Source: Ginglymostoma cirratum (Eukaryota). From it: 64,000 bases of DNA. Location of the stretch: NCBI GenBank assembly GCA_024137785.1, contig JAHRHZ010000141.1:1025064-1089063 (forward strand), read 5' to 3'. A program made the translations under genes and the position numbers. Shown one piece after another: positions 1 through 10,449 of this stretch; the first letter of the stretch is position 1; every line of letters starts with the position of its first letter. Below the pieces are notes generated by a model. The model was not told the origin of the DNA, searched no databases, and saw only the letters and a list, made by a program, of their open reading frames with translations.

Positions 1-9
1 AACTCTATA

Positions 10-110
10 TCCATTGAAAGTCAATGGCTGATTATTAAATTCTCTGTTGCAGGAGCTGGCCATTGCCTGATAAATCTTTTAGACAACTGTAATATGCCAC
101 ATTCAAGCGT
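10..110 (-). mobile_element. Degenerate fragment of L2/CR1-group LINE (same family as 52765-53500)
   Basis: ccattgaaagtcaatgg...ggccattgcctg...tgccac resembles the reverse complement of the LINE RT segment near 52780-52870. Confidence 0.35.
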
Positions 111-547
111 TTTCAGCGTTCATTTTTGTATTTACTACTGAATGAGGACATTAACTGTTTCAATACTTTTCTTTCCAAAATAAAAGATGTCGAATGCCTG
201 TAGACATGCACTATAATATACAACCCCTTTTGCTCATCAAAGAAAATCTTTGACAACTAATGAGAAATGCAGAGAGGACATCTTTAAATCCCTTGTATCA
301 TTTATAATTCGATAGTTAAAAGTCATTATTTGGCTGCATAACGACAGCTCCAGCATTACAAAGGAAGATTCACATTGTTCAGAAAAAGGCAGCCTGTGAA
401 TAATGGCATGACCATTAACATCAACTCTATCCCCCAGGAAAAAGAAAATGCATGTACACTGTCTATGATTTATGACATACATTGTAGAAATTTAGCAATG
501 ATTTTGGGACAGCGATATCCACAACACTGACCTGGATCATCCGGATG

Positions 548-790
548 ACCAAAGACAAAGTCTATATGGGAACACGACCAGCTGCGAGTTGCCCTCCAAG
601 CCATTTAACATCGTGACTTGGAAACGTAGCACTCTTTTCTCCACGTTGTTTAATCACAAACTTGGAATTTCCTGTACAGTGAAGTTGTAAGTCTATACAA
701 AGTAAGTCAACTGTAGTGATTCAAGAAATTAGCTTATCACTAACATCTCATGATGAGCCAGTGAAAGGCAATATATGCTGGTCAAGCATA
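548..790 (+). mobile_element. Degenerate 3' end of L2/CR1-group LINE
   Basis: atgggaacacgaccagctgcgagttgccctccaagcc...gacttggaaa...ggcaatatatgctgg parallels 53305-53400 and the tails at 53960-54020 and 61165-61260. Confidence 0.55.
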
Positions 791-2142
791 TTAAATTTGG
801 ACTCACCTAAATCTTGAAATGCCTCCTGGCAAGTCTGAATTTCTAGAAATCATGGAGAACATGCAAACTGTTAATGTCCAACTGAAGCCACCACTCATTT
901 GGAGAAGTGCACGATTATTTAATTTCAATATATATATTAATTTCTAGAAGCCTGTTCCTTTCAGTGTTCCAGTAAATGATGCTTCACTTCAGAATATTAT
1001 ATTCAAGCAGATGTTGCGGTGATATTGACGTTGAAATTCGAGATCGGCTGTGCAAGCATCTTGTAATTTGTCAATATACACATTGTCCTATACCCAAGTA
1101 ATATAGTTGCATCCTTCGAATATCTTTCAATTATGGTACTCGATGTACTGGCTCTGCAACACGATAAAATAGATATCTGTCAAAGATAGTTGCATTGTCA
1201 TGCTTTCTATTAGTTCAATTCAATTATACAACAACATTCCGAGTAATATGTTACAATCAAACATCTAGTCATGCATGGAGAAAGAAAACCAGTGACTATT
1301 TCTTATGCTGATAGCTGGTTAGAGAATTTTGGTACACGTATCATTATAAACTCAATGTTCGAGAGCAATTTGAATTTGGAGGCAGCTGAAGGAGTACCGC
1401 TATTGTGGACATTGAAAGGCAAAATTTCGATCCTGATAGATCTCACTTTTTGGACAAATATTAGAACCTCGTTGGATAGACTGCAACTGGGTCATTCAGG
1501 TTGATGCCAAATTAAGAAAACACACTTACACACACATATGTGTCATAATGATATACTGAGTGAAGATAATGATAGCAGAAATAATACCAAGAAGTATTAA
1601 CGCCACAGAAAAAAAATTCAAAAACAGAACCGTCACCCAAATTTGTAAAATAAGGATTTGTGTTGTAGATGGTGAGTTTGTGTTATTTTGTCCAGGCTCG
1701 TCAAGGCTAATGTCTTTGTCAAATGTACAGAAATAACCGAAAAATCTCATATTCTAAAAATACGGCATAAATGCAAAAATCACTGAATAAACCTCAGCCG
1801 GCCTGGCAACATCCATGGAGAGCTTTTCCTTGTTATAAAAAATTCTGAAAACCGTGGCTGGAATTGAATCGTTTACTTTAGTTTCTGTCCTCAAATCTTA
1901 TGACATCTGCTGGGCTTCTCCAGCATCAGTTTTTTTTTCTTCTCTCTGTTATGAACAACGTTTTAATTTAAAGTGGTTAATACTCAATTCTTTGTCGTCT
2001 TTTAAATTAAATTAGAGTGCAGTTTATGGTTCACTGAGGTAATTTAATATTTTAGCCCGATATTACAGCATGGTGAATTGCATCCAAATATTGTGGTGAA
2101 GCAGTCAATCGGAAACAATGTCGAAGAATATTTTTCTCTTTA

Positions 2143-2147
2143 CTGTT
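2143..2147 (+). repeat. 5-bp target-site duplication CTGTT (partner 11137-11141)
   Basis: ta-CTGTT-tgtggaag at the 5' junction; acgaca-CTGTT-catt at the 3' junction. Confidence 0.9.
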
Positions 2148-2833
2148 TGTGGAAGAAAATTTTACATCGCAAGAGTGGATGGGAATTTAGGCCAAGACAG
2201 AAGTTACATTGCTAGTATAGATGGGAATTTATGCCAAGACAGAAAAGGCAGCCATGGAAGAAACTCATGGCACAGATAAAGATTTCTAATTAGTTTAGCA
2301 TGTGTAATTTTAATGAGGTTAGAAGAAGTCAGGAGGCAGTTACTCAGACTGTGTAATCACTATGAGCATGTTATCTTAGCTCGAGCTAAATAAGGATCTC
2401 TTGATATATTATTACTTTACCAAGATTTTAGGTTGAATTAGAGATGTCCCTTGTGTCCCCGTGGAGCCCAATTACTGATAAGCTAGAGTTCAATCAAACC
2501 TTATATCACTCCCTACGCTAGCTGCATGCCAGAGGTAATTTGGAAAAGTAATTATTAAGGTATCTGTGAAACAGCATTCCTGTTATCTCGAGCAGTGTCT
2601 GATTTCTTTAAACTTACAATGAGTGAATCAACAAACACAAGATGTCGCGGGAAAATCCTGCTTTGAAGTTAATTGTACAAGTGAGGTTGTTGTACACCGC
2701 GTTAGCAGAGTTGGGTGTCCGTGGAGATGGACACTCACATTCCATGGTACCCAGTAAGAAAATAAACTGCTTCGAACGAGAGCTGGAATCAAGTTTCGTC
2801 ATTGGTTAAGCAGAAATAAAAATTTCTACGAAA
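2148..2833 (+). repeat. 5' LTR (686 bp)
   Basis: Starts TGTGGAAG, ends ctacgaaa (CA mutated to AA); colinear with 10450-11136; 42-bp tandem duplication at 2163-2246; AATAAA at 2761 and 2815. Confidence 0.95.
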
Positions 2834-2836
2834 TTT

Positions 2837-2854
2837 TGGCGTAGCCGGAAGGAT
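2837..2854 (+). promoter_or_regulatory. Primer-binding site, tRNA-Ser
   Basis: TGGCGTAGCCGGAAGGAT after a 3-nt spacer; 16/18 match to the complement of the vertebrate tRNA-Ser(AGA/TGA) 3' end (TGGCGTAGTCGGCAGGAT, recalled). Confidence 0.85.
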
Positions 2855-3182
2855 CCCACAAGACGGCGTTAGCACAGAGTCACCTGAGAAGAGACACTTG
2901 AGTCTGAAACCTAGACTGTCCAACAAGGAGGGGTCAGATCTGAGCCGCTTCTAAATGAGAAGTGGTCTGAGCTGAGCAAATCCTAGCTGAAAGGGGAATT
3001 GCTCCAGGCTGCCACAGTCTAAGAAGTCTGCCCAGTCGGTGACCTAGTCCGAGAAAACTGCCAAGACGCCCGAGGGCTGATGAACAGGGTGAGGGCTAGG
3101 AAGAATTGGGGGCCAAGGGAAATCAGACTCACATGTCTAAACTAAGGTGAATGATAACTCGACTCCAGGGCCCGCGAGAAAG

Positions 3183-3216
3183 CAGGTAAACCGGTGAGTG
3201 CTCAGTGTAAGTAAGT
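3183..3216 (+). promoter_or_regulatory. Candidate major splice donor cluster in the ERV leader
   Basis: CAG|GTAAAC, CCG|GTGAGT (3194-3199) and GTAAGT (3211-3216) between PBS and gag ATG. Confidence 0.5.
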
Positions 3217-3305
3217 GTAAACAAGGGGGTTATAGAGTCGTTGTGTTTTGTATATCCTTTACTTTCACAGCAATGAGTAAGAGGAGACAAATCCAATAAG
3301 AGAAA

Positions 3306-4879
3306 ATGGGGAGCAGACGCAGTTGATCAAATAATGCTGGTCCTGCTGACAAGTGGAGGAATGCTGGAGGTAAAAAAAAATGATGGGCCATTGAAGGTAG
3401 GACAAAAAACATTAAAAAAGATAAAGAAAGTTAAGAAACAGCGACAACTAATGGGGGACCCCTTAGTACCTCCAGGATCCCGAGCCGATACTGTAATTAA
3501 AGAAACCAGAGATGATTAGTATGCAGTTACTTTCAGTAGTGATTTATATGGGCTGTCGGACGGACAGTAGCCTTATCGGGGAAGCTATAATTTAAAACTA
3601 ATTCAAACTTGGGAGAGTGTCACGCGAGAAGGGGTTGACGGCTCAAATTGGGATGTGGACTTCATGTTGGAGTGTTTTAAAAGGTGGAAGGAAGTGGCAA
3701 GAAGGCAGCAGCCACCAAACCCACCCCCGCAAGATAAAATACCAAATAGAATCAATGGCTAAAAAAGGCAGTAGAAACCAACCCCCCAGGAGCGGGATTA
3801 TATCCCTGCCTTCCTGCTCCGGCTGGAGCCCCTCTCCCTGGTGAGGAAGGAGTGGAAGAAGTGATAATGATGGCTGAAGCCCTACCCCCACTCTACCGTG
3901 GCCCCTTGGCACAGCAGGCTGTCTGTGGAAGCGAGGAATCCCAGAGCACAGGGGAAACCGAGTCGACAGTTAGTAACGCTAGCGACATCTGAAGACAGCC
4001 TTGCCGAAAAGCTATGGATAAGACAACAGGGGAGTAGAAGGTTTTACAAGCTCCCCGTATTATGATAGGAGATGTTCCTATACTAAAACCCTAGACTTCG
4101 GCGAAACCCAAGCCATAGTGTCTGAAGCCCCAGACCCTTTAAAGAGACCCAATGCTTTTCATAACTGGCTGGTACAAACATGTACAATCTACATTCCCTT
4201 CCGTGGGGATGTGCAGATGCTTCTGAAATGTGCATATGGAAATTCGTGGTCATCTCTAAAAGAGGGAGTCACTATTCCCTCCGGTGAAAACGGAGATTGG
4301 AGACTAAACGATGACCAAGTTGCAAACGGGAATAAGTCTCTTTCTTACTGGCTAGAGAATAGAGGGAAGGAAGCCATTATGAGAAGAGCACAAAAACATA
4401 GCCATATCGGGAAAGTTGCCCGCTGCCTGCAGCAAAAAAATGGTAGCCTGTCCCAGATTTTATAGCTAGGAATAGAAGTAAATGGGAAGAGCATGCAGGT
4501 GGTCCTCCGGAGACTGGACCACTGGCAGTACAAACCTTATGAAGCTACCCCATCAGACGCAGGCTCACAAATTGGCAAACTTAAATTGGCAGAATCAACA
4601 ATGGGGAGAAGTGGTCACTTCATTAATGAAAATGGACAGACAGGGCCTTTTCGTTTCCCAGGAGGAGAGCAAGCCTGATACGATGGGAAAATTTTATCAG
4701 AACTGAGGATACCTCCAGGCTAAGAGGAGAGGAGGGGGAGGAATTAGGCAAAAGTGGACTCGACATAAATCCCAAGACCAGTTTAACAGTTGTGGAAGGA
4801 AGGGTCACTGGGCCCGGGAATGTCGATCAGGACGAGGCCAGGACCTGAGCAGAGGGGAGATAACCCATTTCTCTTTTAG
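3306..4879 (+). pseudogene. gag: ERV gag (MA-CA-NC), disrupted
   Basis: MGSRRS myristoylation-type start (3306); GQ*PYRGSYN = WPxxGS matrix motif (3562-3591); Pro-rich/PPLY region (~3780-3897); KP*T capsid start (4092); zinc knuckle F(C)NSCGRKGHWAREC (4782-4823); ends DNPFLF-TAG (4877-4879). Confidence 0.85.
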
Positions 4880-5290
4880 TCGCCCAAGTCCATCAGCATA
4901 GAGGTGCTGCGAGGGGAGGGTAGTACAACGGCAATCAATGGACTGTCCAATAATATGATTGGGGAGACTATGACTGCTACTAAATTAGGAAATGAATATT
5001 TGGACTGCCTGATCGACACTGGCGCCACCATGTCCTCTTTACCCCACTCTGCGGAAGTCCCAGAAAGTGGCCACGTAATTGAAAACATGGGGATAGCTGG
5101 CGTCCTGCGGGCGGAACCCCTCTTCTTGCTAGCTCAATTGAAAACAAAGGAAAGAGATGTTACGGATACTTTTATTATTTCTAAGACAGCCCCACTCCCC
5201 CACTGGGCCGCAAACTCTTGGTAAACTCGGAACCACATTTCATTTTACGACCGAAGGTATATACATGGAGCTCCCCCAAATTAGGGTTCC
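4880..5290 (+). pseudogene. pro: Retroviral aspartic protease
   Basis: CLIDTGATMS catalytic motif (~5005-5034), MGIAG flap, C-terminal LGKLGTTFHFTTEG after a frameshift. Confidence 0.9.
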
Positions 5291-5339
5291 CCCAATGTTG
5301 AATTTGATTCTCGAGCCAAAATTAGGAGATACAGAGCCT

Positions 5340-5860
5340 ATATTATACAGTTGGCATCTGAATGGTAACCCCTATACCCCAGGACTCCGTCAAATTCACT
5401 TGCTTTGCAGAACCTCCCGCGTTCCTGTGCACAGAGTTTGTGCATTTTAATCAGCACTAATCGGGAAAAGAAGTGGGCCCACTGCACTGCCTACTATACT
5501 GCGCAGGCTGATCCACTTAATGATAAATTTATGCATCCTTATCTGAACAGAAAAGCAGGAAAGAAAACAGCACAGTACATTTACTTTTTTCCTGAAGGAT
5601 TTGGGGTCCTCGTGGAACTAGTCGAGGATACAGAAGAAAGGTTTAGAATGGACGTTCCTCAATGCCGCACTTGGCAGTAGCCGTGAAACCACCAGCGAGA
5701 CCTAGAGATATCAGAACGATGATAAAATGCATGGTAACCGAGACTAAGATCGTCTGTACTATAGCCCTGCCAGTGTTGGGACAAGGAACACGCATTGAAT
5801 TATTTAACGACAAGGAAGGGAGGATTGCTGTACCCCCTGAGGTCAGGGGAACCACTTTTG
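5340..5860 (+). pseudogene. CNPase-like 2H phosphoesterase domain inserted between PR and RT
   Basis: Across two frameshifts: ILYSWHL (5340-5360)...WAHCTAYY (HCT 5480-5488)...YIYFFPEGFGVLVELVE...MPHLAVAV (H 5668-5670); parallels recalled CNP motifs LYFGWFL, LHCTTKF, LFVTPKTTGARVEL, RAHITLG. Confidence 0.75.
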
Positions 5861-5919
5861 AAAGCAGCAAGCACCAAAAGAGGATTCTCTTCTCCTCCCT
5901 ACAGTGCGAGCACAGGTGA

Positions 5920-7385
5920 AGGTAAATCTATGGGCACAGCGCAAAATTAATGCGGGAAAGGTCCAAACGGCACCAGAGTGCAGGGTTACCCTGCAGAAGA
6001 ATGTGGTGTTTTTGTCTGTTAAACAGTACCGCTGAACTGCTGAAACAGAGGACGGCATTGGCCCGGAGATAGACTAGCTTCTGCACCAAGGGGTAATAAT
6101 GAAGACACAGAGTCCATGTAACACCCTTATACTACCCATTCGGAATCCATGTCAAAAAAAAAAGAAATGACGGTTTGTGCTGTACTTAAGGGCCATTAAC
6201 AAGGTAGAGATCCCCATTGCGCTGCTGGTGCCCGATACCAATATTACACTCATGTCTATTCCTGCGGAGGCCAGCGCCTTTACGGTAGTCGACCTCTGTT
6301 CAGCAATCTTCTCTGAGCCATTCCACAAAGACAGCCAGAAACTGTTTAAATTTACTTATAAAAACCAACACTATACAGGGACACGTCTACCACAACGGTA
6401 TACTGAAAGCCCAGCAGTTTATGCCGCAGCTGTTAAACATGATCTGAACGAGTGCCACTTGTCTGAATATTCCATGATCATCCAATACGGGACGATACCT
6501 TGCTCATCTCCACCACAGGACCTCAGTGCCTGGCTGAATCCGTAACTCTTCTGATGCATCGAGCCAATAGAGGATATAGGGTGTCCCTGGCGAAAATGCA
6601 ATTTTGCCAGGACACCATACAATATTTAGGGTTTCATATCGGAAAAGGGTGGAGAAGATTGGGGGATCATCGTATTCGGGCCATTCAGCAGGTTCTGAGC
6701 CCTAAGACAAAAACAAGGATGTCATCCCGTTCTTGGGCATAGTTGGATACTGTTGGCAATGGATCCCTGAGGATAGGGAGCGAGACTCTTTGTTACAAGC
6801 AGCCACACTGCAACACGAACTGGCTGAAATTAAATAGACTGCTGACAGTGATAAGGCATTCAAGGAGTTAAAGCATGCACTGATCAGTGCACCAGTTTTA
6901 GGCCTCCCGAACTATAGCCAGCGATTCCAACTATACATGAAAGAAACGCAAGGATTTGTCAAGGAGATCCTATGTCAGGAACACGGGGAAGGGAGGCGTC
7001 CAGTGGCTTATTATTCCGCAACGCTCCCCGCGGTCGTGGTGGGCATGCCAACCTGTGGTTGGTAGCTGCTACTGCCATAATGCTGGAAAAACCGATCCCC
7101 ATTGTGTTGGGTTATCCGTGTACGGTGAGAGTTCCCCACGCAGTTCTGCTGTTACTGAACTCTGCTACCACTCAACATGTTACAATTGCCCAACCAACTG
7201 GCGATCAGGTGATTCTTCTCTCTCGCTCCAACTATAAATACCAGAGGTCGCCAGCCATCAACACTGCCGCCTTTCTTCCTTTGCCACCTCCAGAATGCAA
7301 CGAACATAATTGCTTACTTACGATCGAAGCTACCACTATGCCACAGCCAGGTTTGCTAAGGACACCCATTACAAACCCTGACTAA
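5920..7385 (+). pseudogene. pol: Reverse transcriptase and tether, disrupted
   Basis: VKQYR, SPCNTLILPI, K*RFVLYLRAIN, VVDLCSAIFS, TRLPQRYTESP, IQY-x-DD with a 1-nt deletion (6486-6496), YLGFHI, FLGIVGYCWQWIP, SAPVLGLPNY, RPVAYYS. Confidence 0.95.
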
Positions 7386-7388
7386 ATA

Positions 7389-7820
7389 TTGTTTATGCAC
7401 GTTTCCTCTTACCGCCCAAGAGACAACTTGCTATTAGTTGGGTTTCCCATAGTTACACAACATGGAGTAATTGAGACATACGCCCTGCCCGAAGGAACCT
7501 CAGGACAAGCTGCCAAACAGTTCGCAGTCAGCCGAGCCTGCATTCTGGATAAGGACAAAACAGTAAGTATTTATACTGACGCATACTATGCTTTCAGGGT
7601 AGTGCATGACTTTGGGCAACTGTGGAAGAACAGGGGATTGATCACCTCATCGGGGAAACTGATTAAGCATGCCACCCTGGTACTGAATCTTTTAGAAGCT
7701 ATACAGATGACACAGGTTGTAGCAATTATTAAATGCAAGACACATATCTCTACAGGGGATGACGTTTCTAAGGAGACTAGGTTCGCTGACGAAACAGTGA
7801 AGACAGTGACTGATCGGCCG
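7389..7820 (+). pseudogene. pol: RNase H domain
   Basis: TSGQAAKQFAV, IYTDAYYAFRVVHDFGQLWKNRGLITSSGK, IIKCKTH, RFADETVK. Confidence 0.93.
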
Positions 7821-8029
7821 TCTCCATTGTTGCAGTCCCCACGGGTTGAATCGGGAGGGAGGGAGCTCCCTGTGTGTATTGAAACACCGTAGTTTGAAGA
7901 GGCTCAGAGGCATAGCTCACACCAGGAGCAGAGCGCCTGGCCCAAGGCGGGTTGCTATCAATCTGGTTCCATGTGATGCCACGTGGACGGTCATGTGCTG
8001 TGCCCCTGTAGTCAATTTTTTCCCCTAAC

Positions 8030-9038
8030 TTGCCTGGACCATGGCCAGGCTCTCATGGGCAAAGGAGGGATGCAGCATGTTATCACCCAATAATGATATG
8101 CCCCCGGGTTAACAGTAACAATTGAGAAAGTAACACAGACTTACTTTGTATGCCAGCAGAATAACCAAGGAAGAACAGCCGTTACGTTTGACCACGTACC
8201 CCAACCAGAATTGCCTTTTGAAAATTTTCAAATTGAATTTGTGCTCATGCCTGCTGAGAAGGAGTTTAAGTATATGTTAATAATAGCTGACATGTTTTCC
8301 AGTTGGGTGGAGGCCTATCCAACGAGGAGGGATGATTCTAGAACTGTAATAAATATATTAATTGAAGAAATCATGCGTAGATTTGGTATTCCATAAGGAA
8401 TAAATAGTGACAGAGGGACCATTTCGCCAACAAACTCTAACAGGGATTAAAGGAAACCCTAGTATTGCAATGGATATTGCACATCCCCTATCAGTCCCAG
8501 TCCTCGGGAATCGTGGAAAGAGTAAACAAAGAAATAAAAACAGCCCTGACAAAGGGCCAGCAAAATTGCCTCAAGTAGCCCAAGGCCCGCACCTTAATAC
8601 TGTGCACTATGCAAAATCAGAAGAATAGAAAAACAGTACTCACTCTTCATTTGACCTATGACAACAGGAACTAGGCCTCCCATGACCCCAGAAAGGGTAG
8701 CTTTAATACGGAATGATGAGAAAACTTTAAAGTATTCAAGGACGTTGTGTCAGGAGGCAGGAAAGTTACATGAAAGAGTCCGACAAGCCTAAGCACAGTT
8801 AAAGGAAAGTTATTATCATCCGTTTCAAGCAGGGGATAGGATATAATTGAAATCGAAGAATAAAGACTCTTTTTCCCCCAGGTGGAAAGGCCCTTACCTG
8901 GTGCTGCTAACGACCTGGACGGCGGATAAAGTGAAGGAGAAACCCAACAGGATACACGCCACTAGATGCAAGTTGCACTACGACGAAAATGGAGAAAATC
9001 ATCCTCCCGAAAAGAAAGAAAACATCACCAAGAACTAA
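8030..9038 (+). pseudogene. pol: Integrase domain
   Basis: Remnant HHCC (~8039-8155), PFENFQIEF, ADMFSSWVEAYPT, RFGIP, NSDRG (~8403), PQSSGIVERVN (~8495-8527), FSPRWKGPYLVLLTT. Confidence 0.93.
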
Positions 9039-10377
9039 AAGACATACTATGCAAAGAAGTAAAATCCTCACTGTGGCATATGGATTGATATATGCTTTCA
9101 GACTGCGTAGACGAAGTTAGGTAAATTCCTTTCTGAGTATGTCCCATGAGTATGCTGATAGAAGCAGTGTCTCTGTTTGCTGGGTCTGCATCGTCGTCCT
9201 TCACCATGGAGGGGAAGGGGGCATCCCTTTAAGGTCAATCCGTTTTAGCCATAGTGACATGCACGCCTACAGACTTTTGAAAAATCATACAAGTAAAGAG
9301 GGAGGCATCAGAACCAGGGACTGCTGGATAGGAAACCCGCCCAAAGGCAGTTAGATATGGAATTCTTTGTTACTTTCTTGTGTGAACTGATCAGAAGAAC
9401 TCACCTTTGATAGCTGGTACATACCTAGATATGTCAGAACGTCTACTCCCAACACCCCCCACCTTAAGTGTGACGAGGGCTGAAATAGGCCGGGAGTGCA
9501 TATTTCAGTCAGACCACCCTGACACTATCTTTATGAGCAACAGCCGTTGCAAATCTAACAACACCCTGTACCACTCACTACTGTAGGCCTTGAATGGAAT
9601 ATATTGGGTATGCGGGATAAAGGCCTACCCTTGGCTCCCGATGCTGTGGACAGGCTGTTGTTACCTAGCACATGTCCTACCCCAGATCTGACACTTTGAG
9701 TCTCTAAATCAACCTCTCTGGGTACACGACATAGACCATTCTGGCACTAATATACGAAGGAGAACTATAACCAAAGCAGATTGGTTTGGGATGATAGCTT
9801 TTCCCTTATACAGAGCTGGAAAAGCAGCCAGAGAGTTAATAATTGTGGCCTCTGCATTACAGAAATTAGCAAATGAAAAGCAGAAGGTTTCAGGGAGACA
9901 CTGCAAGCTATATCTGCAGTTACAGTATAATTACTGGCGGTTAGGACTGTAGCACTGCAGAACAGGATGACATTGGATTTTTTGTTGGCTGAAAAGCGGG
10001 GTACCTGTGTCATTATAGGACAAGAGTGCTGCACTTATATTCTCGACGAATCAGAAAACATTAACAACCTGGCTAATCACATTAGTAAGTTGGCCGAGAA
10101 AATTAAGAAGGTAAGCGAACAGTTTCACAATTATAATACCCCCGGAGATTGGTGGCTGTTCGGTAACTGGTAGGTAACTCTGACACATTATGGTATAATA
10201 TTTATCATGGTGGTTATTTGCGTAGTAGCTGCTAGATTTATTTGCACCCTGTTAACCCCAATAGAAGGACACCGACCTATGGTGCTGATGTACCCTAGAA
10301 CTGTAATCAGGAATTTTGATGACAATAGCTATGATAAGGAGGGATGTTTAAACATGTGTCACTACCCGGAGGGATAA
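8989..10377 (+). pseudogene. env: ERV env (gamma-type, covalent SU-TM class), disrupted
   Basis: VNSFL...SVCWVC CXXC motif (~9178-9189), basic cleavage IRRR (~9751-9763), ISD LQNRMTLDFLLAEKRGTC plus CX6CC (CVIIGQECC), hydrophobic anchor GIIFIMVVICVVAA, stop at 10375-10377. Confidence 0.92.
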
Positions 10378-10426
10378 GAACCCCCTTTACAACAAAAGAG
10401 AGATGTAAAATTTTAAGTGTTGATGT

Positions 10427-10448
10427 GAAAAGATCAACAAGGAGGGAA
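10427..10448 (+). promoter_or_regulatory. Polypurine tract
   Basis: gaaaagatcaacaaggagggaa just before the 3' LTR. Confidence 0.75.
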
Positions 10449-10449
10449 C

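Noticed and set aside
2163-2246. CRISPR-like or prokaryotic repeat array
   Set aside because: Only two adjacent units with no spacers, inside an LTR in eukaryotic DNA.
3568-10173. APOBEC-type hypermutation suggested by Trp-to-stop codons (3568, 4092, 6168, 6835, 10171)
   Set aside because: TGG is one transition from a stop, and the provirus has many other substitution types and indels. Neutral decay suffices unless a consensus-based G-to-A strand-bias test shows otherwise.
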